A DNA stretch of 64,000 bases, from positions 30,690,001 to 30,754,000 of the forward strand of contig OZ116707.1 of NCBI GenBank assembly GCA_964199315.1, given 5' to 3'. The notes under the pieces are model-generated. The model made no database searches. It was not told where the DNA came from and saw only the letters and a list, made by a program, of their open reading frames with translations. Position 1 is the stretch's first letter. Each line of letters opens with the position of its first letter. Shown piece after piece: positions 38,101 to 53,100 of this stretch. The position numbers and the translations under genes are program-made. Source of the stretch: Orbicella franksi. Its lineage: Eukaryota.

Positions 38101-41100
38101 TTTGGTCCTGATAATCCGTAAGTGCACTCCAATAAGTCCGTGAAATGTTTCTTGTTTCTGCTACTTTGCAAAGGTAGTTTGCTTATTAAGTCTGCAATAA
38201 AATAAACTCATCCATCGATCTAAATTATGCAGCATCTTCTGTAACTTCTAAATTTTCTTCTCTTCTGGGTCTGCAAGAAGAAGGACCAGATTTCATGTGT
38301 AAAATTTAATAAATCATCCAGGTTCATATTCTTTTTCGCTGTTATTATATTTTTTTGTTTTCTTTTATCTCATTCATTGCAGTATTCGCCAGGCTTGTCA
38401 CTGGGTTGTAAATCTTCGATATTTTGATGACTTCATTTTGGCGGTCATTTTAATCAGTAGCGTGTTATTAGCAATAGAAGACCCAGTCCACCCGGATGCA
38501 TCAAGAAACAAGGTCTGTCGCGTGCACTTCATTGAACCATTTGCTAAGTAAAAACACAATTTTGCAAAGCGGCATTTTCACTTCTTTTTTTCAGTTTTAT
38601 TTCTGTAATGTCTGGTAACAGTTTCCTCGACATCATTTCTTTCTTAAAATATAACTTTGTACCCAACGTTTTCAATTTTGCACAGGTTATTCGTTATTTT
38701 GACTATGGTATTACAGGGATCTTTGCGTTAGAAGTTCTAGTAAAGGTAACAATATCTATAAACGTATATCTCTTTTAAAGTTTATTAGACCAACTATTAC
38801 TTATTCCACTACGCGGAAAGTGGGCTGGTGGGAAGGACGAATGGTACAGAAAGGCTGAACTAGACAGAGAGCAATGGAAGAGCATTTGTGTAGCCCTACC
38901 CATAACATGGAAAACCCAATGATAAATAAAAAACACTGTAACATCACAGCTTGATATTGACAATTGGACCACATCTGTATCTTGACCCCTTTGACTTTCT
39001 ACGAAATAATCATCATTGCGGAAAAAAAAAGTAAAAAAAAAATCATAAAGAATATATTGTATTAAAGGCAACGATTTCTTGACGGAAATGATTGTGATTG
39101 TAAGTGAAGCTTTTTTTGTGTGCAGATGATCGACCTTGGTGTGATACTTCACAAGGGATCTTATCTGAGAAGTGGATGGAATGTCATCGATGCCTTCGTT
39201 GTGGGCTGTAATATTGCTGCCTTGCTGTTAGAGTTAGTACAGTTATTTTTATGGTTAGAATATTAACGTATTTATAAGTAAAGTAACTCTGAAAATTCCC
39301 CTTGGGTACGAGGTAACAAAATTTGTATATATACATGTAATTTAAATTGCACTGCAATTTAAAAAAGTTAACTAATTGAAAAAGATAAAAACAGCTTTAT
39401 AGATTGGTAAGGCAGCTATAGGGATACATCCCTTTGGAGCCAGTCTACCACAATGGAAGCCGTCTTAGTGTTTGATTTTTTAAATATTCTGTTCTTGATT
39501 ACTTGGAACAACAACAACAGTTTATTTCTACTACCGTAAACAACTAAAAGAATTAACAAGATTATAATTATAAATAAACAAATATACAGTACAGTACATA
39601 CAGTAGTGGGACACCCAAAATAACTAAAAAGCTAAACTAGTTGGGTGACCGTATTCAATTCAAGCATAGACTCTGAAGGTTCTTGTGTTCGTGGTTCTCA
39701 GCATAGGAACTGACGACAACTTACAGAAGGATGCTATCAAGTCATTTCGTGTTTTACGAGTGCTCAGACCTTTGAAGGCTATTAACAAGTCAAAAAAACT
39801 TAAGGTTAGATTCAGTGTTATATGTTCATTATATGTCTTCAATCATCATGTCATCATTCTGATAAAAGATTTTTGTTGCTGTTTTATTATTATTACTTTC
39901 GAAGGGTAAGGGGTGGAGTTTTGCTGTAATTACATCAAGAATTTCCATCCTGGCTAAAATATAAGCGCGGACGCCAAATGTGAAACAAACTTCTTGTTTC
40001 GTGAAAAGTACAATCACTGCGCCTACACAGATTCACTTTTCATCCCGGGCTGAAGTTTCATACCGATTAAATGACGTACAAGAGCTTTTTAAGCCCAAAC
40101 TGACACCCTCTCCAACTAATCGACACGTTCATTTCACGAGGATGTTTTTCGAGAATCGGACTGAGATTTCCGCAAAGAGTCGAGTGTACCTATCTCTCGA
40201 TTTTGTCTACCTGTTTCTTGCTTTTTTTAGGGTGTGTTTCGGTTGAAGACGAAAAGAGAGTCTGAGCTCTTAAATGAAAAAAAAAATCGTATGAGAATAA
40301 TACAAGTTATCAAATGGCTGCGATGAAAATGACTTTATTACACTGATATGAGATATATCGTAGAGATAATAACTATGAAATTTTTCAAAAAAAGTATTTA
40401 ATTTCCAATACTTAGATTTGTTTATAATTTTTAGGCTGTGTTCGAGTGCATGATGTATTCTTTAAAGAATGTACGCAACATTCTCCTCATCACGTTATTG
40501 TTCTACTTCATATTCGCTGTGGTTGGCGTGCAGTTGTTTAAGGTATTAGTCTCTAAAATATTTTATCTTCATTTGTATTTTTAATATAAGAAAGAAGCGC
40601 GTACGAGAGCCTTGCCCAACACGAACTGTTATTTGGTTGCCAGTATAACAAATTTTGTTTTTATTCTTAGGGGAAATTTTGGTATTGTACAGATCTTTCG
40701 AAGATGACGAATGCAACTTGTCAGTAAGTATTCAGCCTCTGTCACCTACTCCATCATAACCACGCTGACAAGAGCCTTGGCATTCTGTCGCTTGGCTTTG
40801 TTTTACTGTGAAAATAACTTTTACATGCAAACAGTTTCTTCTTAACAACGCAAGTTGTCTTGTGTAGAGTTTAAACGAATCTCGCCTTTTTCTGAACACA
40901 CCCTGGACGTCAGCCGACACGCCTGCTAAGGACCAGCTATATCCAACACGTTTTCTAAGTAAAACCTTCACTTAATCAAACTTTTCAAAACTGACTGGGG
41001 ACACTCTTTAAAAAAATTAAAATTTTAAAAGAGATTAAGATTTTCCAATTGAAAAATTGGACCATATGTGCGGGCCGAGAGATTTGATGGAATACTTGCC

Positions 41101-44100
41101 AAGCCTTATACCTGTAGTGTTCTCTCTCTAAATGTTATGATCATTGTATACGAGCGGGAATTTAACCAAGATGTTATTTTTAAAAACTTCAACTCACAGC
41201 AAAATAAATCATGTTTGTTTTGCCACTCTTCTCTGTATCTCGCTGTCTTTAGATTAGAGTGTTAATTAGTTTACGGAATGAATTCAATGTTTTTCTTTGC
41301 AGAGGACAATACTTCAAGTACAATGTTGCCATCAACAGTAAAATAAGTCTGGATAATTTTGAGGTATCTATTATCTAATGTAAATGAATTTCTGTAAAAT
41401 TCGAAGATGACAATCTTCTAGCAGTGAAGAAATCTAGCACGCCGCTTTCCTGTTTCACTTTGAGTTTATTTGTTCCAAGGACGCTGAATGAGATTCTTTC
41501 TCTTCCTTAAGTTTGTCTTCGTCAAAAATGTCAAGCTCTTATGTTTTACACCTTCAGGTTAAAGACAGAGAGTGGAAGAAACACAAGTTTAACTTCGACA
41601 ACGTACCACATGCCATGTTGGCTTTGTTTTCCTCTTCTACTGGGGAGGGGTGGCCTCAGTAAGTTTCGTAACACATGTTCTTCAATCATGTGATCAATAC
41701 CTATTTTGAGTTTTTCTGTGTATCGTTTCCACAGAAATATCCCTTTCCATATAAATATTAGACAGGTAAATTTCGACTTGTTCTACAAATAGTGAAATTC
41801 AAAATGAGATCTGCCATCTTGGATTTCTATATTCTCTTAGAAGTCAAAAATCATAACAATAGTATGCCCACCAGTAAACAAGATAAAAAAAACAGACGAA
41901 TTTGCCGGAGAAAACGAAATTTGTCTTGACCTGTAAGTCAAAATCATAAATGCCTTCTCCACGGCACTGTCAAATGATACGGAGAAATAGTTGACACATT
42001 AAAAGTTCCGGTGAGGGAGGGAATGGACAGCTATAGAAAGTTTCAGCAGTAAATCCTCTTTTCAAAATTCTGCAAAGACCTCTTAGGGTTACATCGCTCT
42101 CCCTCCTCCTCCCCCCCCCCCCCCGCCCCCCACCCCCAACGCTAGTGTACCGCTATCGTCGAATTGAAGTTGACTTAATAACTTACAAGACAAGCTGTAA
42201 CTCCATTTTTCGGTTATTTCAATTTTATGCTTTAATTAAGTTGACTTCAGAGTAACTTGTTTCTTCTTTTATCCCTACAGAGGAATGTATCACACTGTTG
42301 ACGCGACCAAAGAGGATCAAGGGCCTATCAAGGATTACCAAATCCAGATGTCTTTGTACTATGTCTGTTTTGTTGTTGTGTTTTCTTTCTTCTTTTTAAA
42401 CATGTTCGTAGCTCTGATCATTGTTACATTTCAAGAGCAAGGAGAAAAAGAAATGGATGGATGTGAACTCGATAGAAATCAGGTATTAACACCATACCTA
42501 ATTGAACGTAGAATTCCTTTTAACCCTTAGAATGCCAAACTTTCGCCAAAAAATACCGTTTTCTACCATTAACCGTTCTCAATTTCGTTTGTTGGCCCTT
42601 TCCTTTCTTTTTTTCTCGGCCCTTTTACACTGGCTTTCTTTTGCATTGTATGTTCTTTCTGGCTGCGGTGAAAAGTTGGATGTTAAATACGGGCGAAGCC
42701 TAGAAATGGACCTTGATCAATCATACGCGTTGTGGACCATTTTACCACCATTTTTGCACCAAAACTGATAACGTTGTTTTTCGATTTGCGACGTCGGAAT
42801 GTCGTCGATATCTAAACCTGACCATTGTGCGGAAAGGGCTAGCCTAGCACTACCATCTGCTTATCAAGAATATCTGATGACATTTAAATTGATGACGTCA
42901 CAAGTGGTACAAAGAGCACGACCATTAATTACGCATATATGTGTAGTTGTTATTCAAAGGGTTAAGTAGAGAGGACGCCTCTTCCTCATTATCTGGACTG
43001 TAAGAAAATTGTTTCTCGATTACTCATGATAAATGTGCATCGAATGTTTTTAAAATCCTACGAAGTGTTTCATCAACTTTACTTCAACTTTTACTCTGTC
43101 TTCTAAGTCTGACGATGACGCCCTCAATCAGTCGCATGCATGTGACAATTCAAATGAAAGTTTCTTGAAGTAACACTGTTTCTTTGCATCTATTGGTAAA
43201 ATATAATTTTTGCTTTACACTCCAGCACTCTGCGCGTTTATGAGCCAATTTATATTTTATATTTCAGCGAGATTGCATTCAGTTCGCCATGACAGCCAAA
43301 CCAAGACAACGTTACATGCCGGAGGATAAAAACACTTGTGTTTATAAAGTGTGGAAGGTTGTGGACTCCAAACCCTTTGAAATCTTTATCATGGCCACTA
43401 TTGTTCTCAACGCAATAGTTCTTATGGTCTCGGTAAGAAATTCTAAATAACCAACTATATTTTTGGTTATTTCTTAAGAATGTGTGACAGCTGTTAGATC
43501 GTCCGGAGTGGTAGGTAAGAAACATTCGAAGGAAGAGACAAGAAGGAATGCAAATTCTAATAGACGAAACTCGCAGCTAAATGTTCCAACGCAACGGAAA
43601 ATAAAACATATAATAGCAGTAAATTGAAGTGCATTTAAGTTTCTTCAGCAAAGCCGGAGACAGCTGTTTCATGTTATCCATGTCCTAATTTATCATTGCA
43701 CATATCGTATTTCTATTTCAACTCTTACATTCCTCATAAGTGATCAGTTGTTTTATTCCCCTCCTTGCACTTCGGACTTGTATCGATACTATAAGGAGAA
43801 GTAAGTTTCCGATCAATGTTAGGATTAGCAGGTTCCTCTTTCTCTACAGTATGACGATGCTTCTCCTCAGTATGAGAGAATCCTCATCAATTTAAACGCC
43901 GCTTTCACTTTCGTGTTTCTGTCCGAAGCCATTTTGAAGCTGATAGCGTTTAGACAGGTTAGTTTATTTTATCACGTCCCTGTTTATTCCTTTAACGTCT
44001 CTTTCTGTAGGGCTGACTTTTAAACGTCAGCCATTTTAATCGTAAACTTGGGTTGCTTACCAAGCGCTCCTGATATTAAGGTTACCGTATACCTTCAGAT

Positions 44101-47100
44101 CGGTAATTTTCTTCAAATTTGGATTTTTGGGTCAAAGTAATAGTCGAAGAGTAATCTCTTATTTCTGAAAAAAAAAAATTGAAAAAAACTAAATATTGGC
44201 GGAAAAATGGAGGTTTTACGTTATGGCCGGAAGTAAAAGTTCCCTCTTGATTGACAGCCCTATAACGCGTATGCAATCAACCGAGACGACTTTCGCGGAA
44301 ATATGGATACCACGAATTGACTGGCTACTCACATCTACTCAGTTGATCAGCATTGTTAATCCAAGCATTAGGTGTAATTCTATTAAGTTATAAGTAAACG
44401 TGGACCACGGAAAACTCCGTGGACCAGTTCGAAAAAGCGAAACAGCTAAGAACGAATGAAAATATATCTCGGAGTGAAGAAGCGAAAATTGGCCTCGCGG
44501 ATGAAGCTAAGGCTATCGTATCAAGCGGGCAAAAAGATCGAGTCAAGAGAAGAGAAAGGTTCTGTAAAAATTTGGGAACTTGACAGCGATAACAGCGATT
44601 TTTACAGTGACTCTTCTGTTGAGTCCGATACCGATGAATCGTCTGACTCATTGAGATTCATTGGAATATTGTCCAAGCACATTTGCTCCGCCGCGCTTTC
44701 TTTTGTTTGTTTTCTTCGCCCAGCCACTCTAGCGTTCGTATCCTTTTTCGTCTTCCCCATTTTGCCAGACCAGCTTTCAGCGCATTGCGAAACACAAGGG
44801 TGCTTTGGAGATTCACGCGTAAATTTCACCGCGAGAAAAAACTTTCCAAACGCCGATTGGCTTAGTGATCTGAGAACCCTGTTGAAGGCGTTTGTGGGCG
44901 GAGTTTGTTTGCGAAGTAAGAGATTTTTCTTAGCGCTGTTTTCTCGAATAAATTTTTTCGCTTGAAGCAGACACTTTAAAGAGTTACAAATCAAAGGGAA
45001 TTTCTTCGATTGCCCTCAAATTTGGACAGTAGCTAGATTAACATATAATAAACAAAATCATGTCTGCGAATTGTTTATTTCGAAATATTTTTTCTCCGAG
45101 AGCGATTTTTGTACGATCACTTCACATTTTTTAAATCCTATTTAAAAAATGTTCTGTAACATTTTACTGTAATTGAATATGGCAAAACGCAGACACGCTT
45201 TTTACCGCTTTTTGTCCCTAAATCGGGGAAAAAACTAAATCGGCGAAAAACAAAATTCGCTTTGACTTGTAGCTTCCAAAAGGTGATTAGGGCGCTCGCA
45301 TTTGGTGGTCCTGAAAAAATCGGCAATTCATTTCATTTCAAAATTCTTGGTGTAGTTTGATAGCCAGCTCTATAAGCTTTAATTTGATATAGGGGTTTAG
45401 GTATCTACCGCTTAAACCGGACGCGCTACATCCCTTGGACGCGAGACACCTCTCAAGGTATACAGTAACCTTAAGCAGGTTAACCACAAGAGAGGTGTTC
45501 CTGTACTGAACAACATGAGTTTCCAATCAAGGATAAAAGGATGTGTGATAGTTGAAACAAAGGAAATCATAATCGTTATGATGTTTGGATATGATCTTAA
45601 TTAGCTCATATTTTTATCATTTCATTTCTCTGTTTTCTGGTTAGTTGTAGTTTTGATCAAGAAGATATATCAAACGCTAGAGGCAGTGTGTTCCCATATT
45701 TTCAAAAATCTCGAAGTTCGAATTCCTCAACAACATTCCGCAGCGCTTCGTACTGTCAACTCTATACTCTGTGTTTGGAAATGTGGGAAAACACGGTCTA
45801 TGTTGTCTGATATATTACGTCTCAGTAACAATCACCTATGACCCCACCTAAATTTAATTCGAAGGGCACCTTGATCTCTTACTTTCCAGAATAAAAGATT
45901 AAAAAATCATTTGTTATTATTTCAGAATTACTTTCGAGATTTCTGGAATGTGTTTGACTTCATCATTGTCATCACCACTTTGGTCGGCGTAATCCTAGAA
46001 TTAAACGTAAGTAAATATCAACATTTATCAAGTTTTTTTTTTTCTTTCATTTACGACATCCTTCATTCATTGACTGATTTATTCATTCATTCATTCATTC
46101 AATTTAATTCTTTCGTTGACCTAGACAAAAAATTATTTGCAAGTGCTTTATTACATAGCAGAACAAGTGAAGAAGATATAGTTAAGAATTGTATGTGCAA
46201 CAAAATCTTTCCCTCACTAGTCAACCACCCAAAAGGCCAGTGACGCCCTTCCAGTAGACCCGAGTTTTTTCCGACTCTTTCGAGCTGCTCGGCTGGTAAA
46301 ACTACTGAGACAAGGATACACCATACGAATTCTATTGTGGACATTCCTACAGTCATTCAAGGTGAGCGGATGTTGTTGCTTTGACTATTTGTTTAGGTTT
46401 GGGTGATGGGAAACAAGAAAAATAAACACGAAGTTGGCCATATACCTTCAAACCTCCCCAAAGTTACGCGTTTTGTATTAAGGTCACGTTGTAATTATCC
46501 ACCGGCTGTTACCGCTGCCACAGTTATCGGTATTTCGTGAGCCGTGACTTATGGGCGCACAAAGACGACAAAATACGAATATGTCACGTCTTTAAGATAC
46601 AACACGACTAAACAGCATTGTTGCTCACTGTTTTTCTACTGATATGTTACGCCTATCACCACAGTCGCAGCTTGTAAGTCATTTCAATTAAAATATTTAA
46701 CTACAACAACAGTCTATATTTTTTCGTTGATCAACTTACATTGTTACAACTGGCCTGGCCAGGAGATAGCTAGCGCTGATCCAGGCGGGCCAGTCTATCA
46801 TAATCTAATTACAAACGAGCTTATTCATAAATACATAGCAATAGGAAAATTAAACAAAAGTAAATGAAATCATGTACAAATTAAGATAGGAAAGGATGAA
46901 AGAATTCTTAATACTTGTATGTGGAATTGACTACATATGTGGCAAAATTAGCAAAGATATAAATATAATGGTTAAGTTGAAACATTATGTATCAAAAGCA
47001 ACACTTATTAGTGTCTATTATTCTCTTATTTATCCTTACCTTACCTATGCTTGTACACTTTGGGGAAATAATTATAACGCTCCATTGTCTCAAATCGTAA

Positions 47101-50100
47101 AATTACAAAACAAAGCGGTTCGTGTTATAAATGATGTTCCTTTAATGGAATCAATAACTCCACACTACTCATCCTTAGGCTTTCTGAAATTTCCTGATAT
47201 TGTTAAACTGAACACGTGTATGCTTTTTTATGATTATTTCCACCATGATAAGTTTCCTAATTTACCTGTTTCATTAGTATCTACACTACATAATTACAGT
47301 ACCCGTAGTGCATCATCCAACCAAGTTGCAGTACCTTCATTTCGAACTAATCTTAGAAGATTTTGCCCTAGTATTACTGGAAGTTTCTTTTGGAATAATA
47401 TTCTGCAATCCATTAGAGACAAACCATCTAAAAAAATGTTTAGAAAAGCACTTTTTCGCTGGTACCTTGCTCAATACTAATGAAAACATTATCTCTTTAT
47501 AACTTTCTGAGCTATTTTGTCATTTTTCCTCTTCTTTTTTCCTTTTCTTTTTATTAATAATCTCAAGTTATACATAACTTTAAGGGGCACAAAATTAGTT
47601 TATCTAGATGTGCCCCTCTCCTCTCCTTCCAATATACAATGTAATTCAATTTAAGTGATGTAATTTCTGTTTTATGCGTTTTTTTTCTTCGTTACAAAGC
47701 ACTATCGGTTACTATTTACTTTCTTTACGTTATATTTACATACAGTGGAACCTCGATTTAACGAACCTCTATTTAACGAATTCTTCGATATAACGAACTG
47801 TCCCGGCCAAAGTTACAGTAAAATGTATGGAATAGAACCTCGATACAACGAACCTCGATATAACGAATTCTTCGATATAACGAACATAATCCGGAAGCCC
47901 AAACGTAAAATCTACCTCGATATAACGAATTACAATGTCAACACGCGACAGAAGATAAACGCTGAACAGATCAACAGTCAACAAATCCGTGTAATCCTTG
48001 TGGTAAAGAGACAGCAGTCTTTCAGTCAACGGCTTATTATATGCCATAGACATTAGCACTATAGTATTTCGACATCAATTAACTTCTGCTCTATCTTCTT
48101 TGAAATCCGGAAATGTTGGGTAGTGCAATATAACAACACTAAAGCCCGTTTCCTTGTTTACATAGACAATTTTCTGTATAACCTCTACGTTGCAACATTT
48201 TTAAATCGCTACTCTGAAAGTGTCGTTTTTTGTAAACAAAAGCTGCGCGTCCGCTCAAAAGTGAAAATAATTGATACTGAAAGCCACCATGCTTAATGAA
48301 TTGCATCTCAAAACGCGGCACTTCTGGATGACGAAAATTGCTTTGAATTGCGTGACAGAAGTCACCTGTGTTACAAACCAAGCATTAACTATGACCTCGA
48401 TATAACGAACATTTTGATCGTTTCCCCTCAAATTCGTTATATCGAGGTTTTCGATATAACAAACCCTCGATTTAACGAACAAATTTGGCCGGTCCCCGGC
48501 GACTTCGTTAAATCAAGGTTCCACTGTATCTATGTATTAGCTAGGAATTGGAGGAATAAAGAAATAAATAAATGTGGAATTGTGTGTGGAAATGTGAAAA
48601 ATCAGTATCAGATTAATCAAACTGAACTTCTGTCAATCCCCCGTCAACAGGCGCTGCCTTATGTGGTCATTTTACTTGGTATGTTGTTTTTCGTCTACGC
48701 TGTCATCGGAATGCAGGTAAGATATTGTACTTCTCAAAAGTTTGACAACAATAACGTAATGAACAGAGTGGACGTTATCGACCTATTTTTCAATACCTCA
48801 ACAATACCTAGGATTTCCTTGTAGGCCATTAAGCGAATAAACGTGAGACAAAAAGGACCCTTTATAAATTGGAAGCAATCTTTTCGTCTTTGATGTTTGG
48901 GCCTTTTTCCTGGACAACACACGAGTCGGCAACTTAGGTAGGCGATTTTTCAGCGTTTATTCGATCACTAGCAAAACACTTCCGTCATGATCATTATCAA
49001 CGTCATCGAAGCTATCATCGTCATCATTATGATCGCACAATGTAACAGCAAATCACGTTTATCCTTATCAGCACATTGCCGTTTTAGTTGTTTGGCAGGA
49101 TTCGCCCGAGTGAGGACTGGAGCAAGCAAATAAACCATCATAACAATTTCCGGAACTTCTTCATGGCACTTCAAGTCCTGTTCAGGTAAATACTTCTCTG
49201 TTACAGTGAATAAGAGATCTGAGTAAGATTCCTGTCAAAACAAATCACTGATTCAGTCTAATATTTGAGTATCTCTTAGTACCGTAGCATTTCGACAAAA
49301 ATAGGTTGTGTGATACTAATAGCATAGTTCTCTCACTACGATTAATTTGGACTGACAACTCGTACAATTGCATTAAAATGTTATTAAAAATGCACTCTTG
49401 AAATCAATCCTTGACTTGTGTCATTGCTGTTGCAGAGCATCCACAGGCGAGAACTGGCATAAAATAATGCTGGACTGTTTTGACGATGCCAAGTGTGATT
49501 CTGATGAAAACAGAAGTTGTGGCAGCACTGTCGCTTCCATTATCTATTTCTGTACTTTTTACTTTTTTTGCACGTTCTTGGTAAGTGTAAGAGGAGCGCT
49601 AAAGAACACTTCGTGTGCGTCAAGCGCACACTGCAGCTTAGCCGTGTGGAGATTGAATAGTGTCATGACGCTTGCTGAGGACTGAGCGCTTACTTCGTTT
49701 TCTGACATTAAGTGTGAAAAAAGAGAGATCTTTCGTTTAAAGGAATTGTTCTTTCACAAGAAGCTTCGTGTTAATGATTGCACTCTCATGGTGTTGTAAC
49801 TGAAATAGGAATAGGAGGGAATAGTGATGCTTATTGTCAAAACAACATTCAGAGTACGGGGGCCTTTATTGGAAACAGGGCGTTAAATCCCGTCAGTAAA
49901 CAGCAAACTATCCGCCTGGTTTGCGTTATATTTTTCTGGAAGCTTTATTGTACTTTCTGACAAGTGACTTGACCGTCTGATATAACAGAACTTGATGGTT
50001 ACAACAGTTTCATCTGGCTTATTGGTATATAACTTTTTGCGCAAAAAACAAATTTCTTTGATTCTTTGATAAATGTTAGTTGTGGACAACTTAAGGCTTG

Positions 50101-53100
50101 CTTCCTTCCAGTCTTAACGTAACCGCGAAAGTAGCCCTAACCTTAAAGCTTAAAGCCGGCCGTAGAATACGTGTATTCTGAAAGCTGATCTGCGTTTTCT
50201 TTTATTTTGTTTGTTTGTTTGTTTGCTTGTTTGTTTGTGTTTTCGCGGCTTGCTGTTACATCAAGGTTGTTTCTTTGTTTATTTCAGATGCTAAATCTCT
50301 TTGTTGCTGTTATTATGGACAACTTCGAGTATTTGACTCGTGACGAGTCCATTCTAGGCCCTCATCACCTGGACGAGTTTGTGAGAGTCTGGTCCGAATA
50401 TGACCCAGGCGCCACGTAAGAACACCAATGATTTCTTGGTAGAACTCTATGTAATTAACAAGAAACACGACTTAGCTATGGACTCAGTTGCTAAGTATTT
50501 AGAGAATGAACGGATAAGACCCATCCAGCTACCCCAGGGAAATCCACAGCCAAGATTGAAGGTTGAAAGTTTGCCACTGTTTTTCAGTGAACAAAAACGA
50601 CTCCCACCATTTCAGAGCAGAGCCTATCCGAAGTTCTAAAACATCTAACAACCCAAGGGTTGTTTGGACTTTAGTTACTTTTCAATTTCGCGGACAGCTG
50701 ATATTTAGGACATTCCTAAGCGTCATCCAGAGCATTCATTGCGTACCATTTATTTTTGTTTCTTCAGAGGACGGATTCCACACACAGAGGTGTACCGCTT
50801 GATGTGTGACATGTCTCCCCCGGTGGGGTTTGGAAGAAAATGCCCAAAGTTTATCGCCTATAAGGTACACGTGATTTGCTAAGTGTAAAGGTTATGATGT
50901 TAGACTTTGCTCTCTTATTTTATTTTTTGTGGTGTAAATTGCATTCGAAATGGTTCTATGATTATATTGAGCACTCTGAAGAAAGAAAAACTATAAAAGA
51001 GTGCACGCGAAATGATATCAAGGAATTATTTCTATTCTCAGAACATGTACCTCACCATTGAGACATCACAAACGACCATGTCTGTTCCCGTTATTATTCT
51101 CTAATTTAGACAGTCATTCCTTGTGTTACTCATTTACTTAATATTTACTGATTTCACGCTAGAAAGTGTTTCTCTGTGTTTCAAGAAGTTGCGTTGAAAA
51201 TAAAACTCGGAGCAGACCCGCTGTCGCAACTGCACTGTTTCTACTTATTGATGTTTTTGTCGTACATTCGTTCGTTCCTTGTTTTGTTGGATCTTATCTA
51301 TTTTTTTTACACGACTTCATCATTCCAACGGCTGTTGCAAATTGTTGAAATGTTATGTCAGTGTTTCACACCAATATTTAGCAGCTTTGCTTTTCTTGTC
51401 TTTTAGCTGTTGTTGTTGTTCACTTTTCTCAGTTCACCCCTCAAAAATCTCCCAAAATTTGCAGTAGATTGTCGTGTAACAATTTTCCGTATTTGTTTTC
51501 TTGGAAGCGTCTGATAAAGATGAACATGCCAATCATGGGCGACAACACGGTCTTATTCACATCCACCTTGTTTGCGCTCATCAGAACAGCGCTTGGGATA
51601 TTTAGCACAGGAGACCCAGCATACGCCGACAGTGAACTTAGAAGAACGATAAAAATACTGTGGCCAAAAACGTCCAAGAAGATACTGGAAAAGATGATTC
51701 CTCTTCAGTCAGGTAAGAATAGTACGTTAACTAGAAACCGCTTTGATTAATGTTTATATTTTGATGACAAACTGATGCCTCGGCAGCATGCTTCGGGGAT
51801 ATAAAATCTTTTAACTCAAAAGGAAATTGCTTCGATAACAAATCATGGGTGGTAACAACTGATCAAGTCACGGTGTATTTAGTTTTTATTTTGCTCTTGA
51901 CTGGTCAACATGATGATAGCGGAGCTCCGGCGGCCCGCAGGGTCGCTAAGCGGAGCGCCATACCGATATAGGAATGAAAAAGAAACCCACGAATGTTATC
52001 ATGGCTAGCGGTATTGCTCATAGGCGTGTAGGCACGACGACGACGGCGACGGAGTCGCGCAAGATGGCGGCCATACTCTAGATAATAGGTTTACAGAGAC
52101 ATGCACCCTTGGTTTATAACGTCCTTCTTTGATATTGGACATCCATGTTATGGTCAATTGACACCTATCAAAACAAGGTATCCACTGACCAGTATCAGGT
52201 GACCATATCGCGAGCTCAAGTTTAGAGCTCATAGAGGTCACGTGTCTTTTTTAAGTTGACCGCTGACCAAGTGCTGGTTTTCGATTGAATCGCGGTCTGA
52301 TGTCAGGTTAACTTATTGTAAACAGGAACGGATTGTTCGGAAGCCGGTTAACGCTAACCCAGGATTGCAAAAGTCAACCGAAGTACAAAATTTTTCTTGT
52401 TTACAAACACTATTAACTGCTTTTGTTTTGTTTATTTTGGGGACCTTGAGATTATTCAAACTCAAAACTGAAGGCCAAACAACATAAACAGAAAACCTCA
52501 CCGTAAAGTTACAAAACTCAAATCAAAATTTCTCGCTTATCCTGCGTTAGCTTAATCAGGCTTTGAACAACCCGGCCCAGGAGCTCCGCTATTAGGCTTG
52601 GCTAAATCTATATATTATGTTTGTTTTAGTTAGAGCGTGTCGAATACATTTTGTGGTCAACGGGCCTGAGACAAAAATTAGATACGCGATGTACCCATAA
52701 CTTATTATGATTCATTAAAGTAAGTGAACTTGTGTGCAACATTATATAGCTGAAGTACAGCGACCTCATCTTAACTTAGGAAGCGGTGCAGCAGAAGACA
52801 TGGCATTCAGTGAAGAAATTTTCCTTGATCTAATCTCACAGGTTTGGTCAAATGGCACCCACATTCTCGCATTCACTGAATGTTCTCGAGTTAGCATAAC
52901 GTCAAAAGCATCATGTCGCTTAGCAACGTCTCTAACCACACCTGCTTGCTTATTCAATTGGTGGACATAAAACAAAGCCACATCTTCCCATGTCCTAGAC
53001 TGTTAAAGTATTACACCACTTGACGTATTTTGCGGCATTTTGTTTCATTGCAGTTTTGAGTTCTCAGCAGATGACCATTGGTAAGATCTACTGCGCGAAA

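Noticed and set aside
47743-48526. CRISPR-like array of repeated CTCGATATAACGAA motifs (also 18352-18724)
   Set aside because: Eukaryotic context, irregular spacing, mixed orientation and enclosure by TIRs/TSDs show these are transposon subterminal repeats.
50416-51507. Mutually exclusive duplicate EF-hand exon like vertebrate Cav2 e37a/e37b
   Set aside because: Only one copy (50768-50864) is visible; the flanking introns show no paralogous exon.
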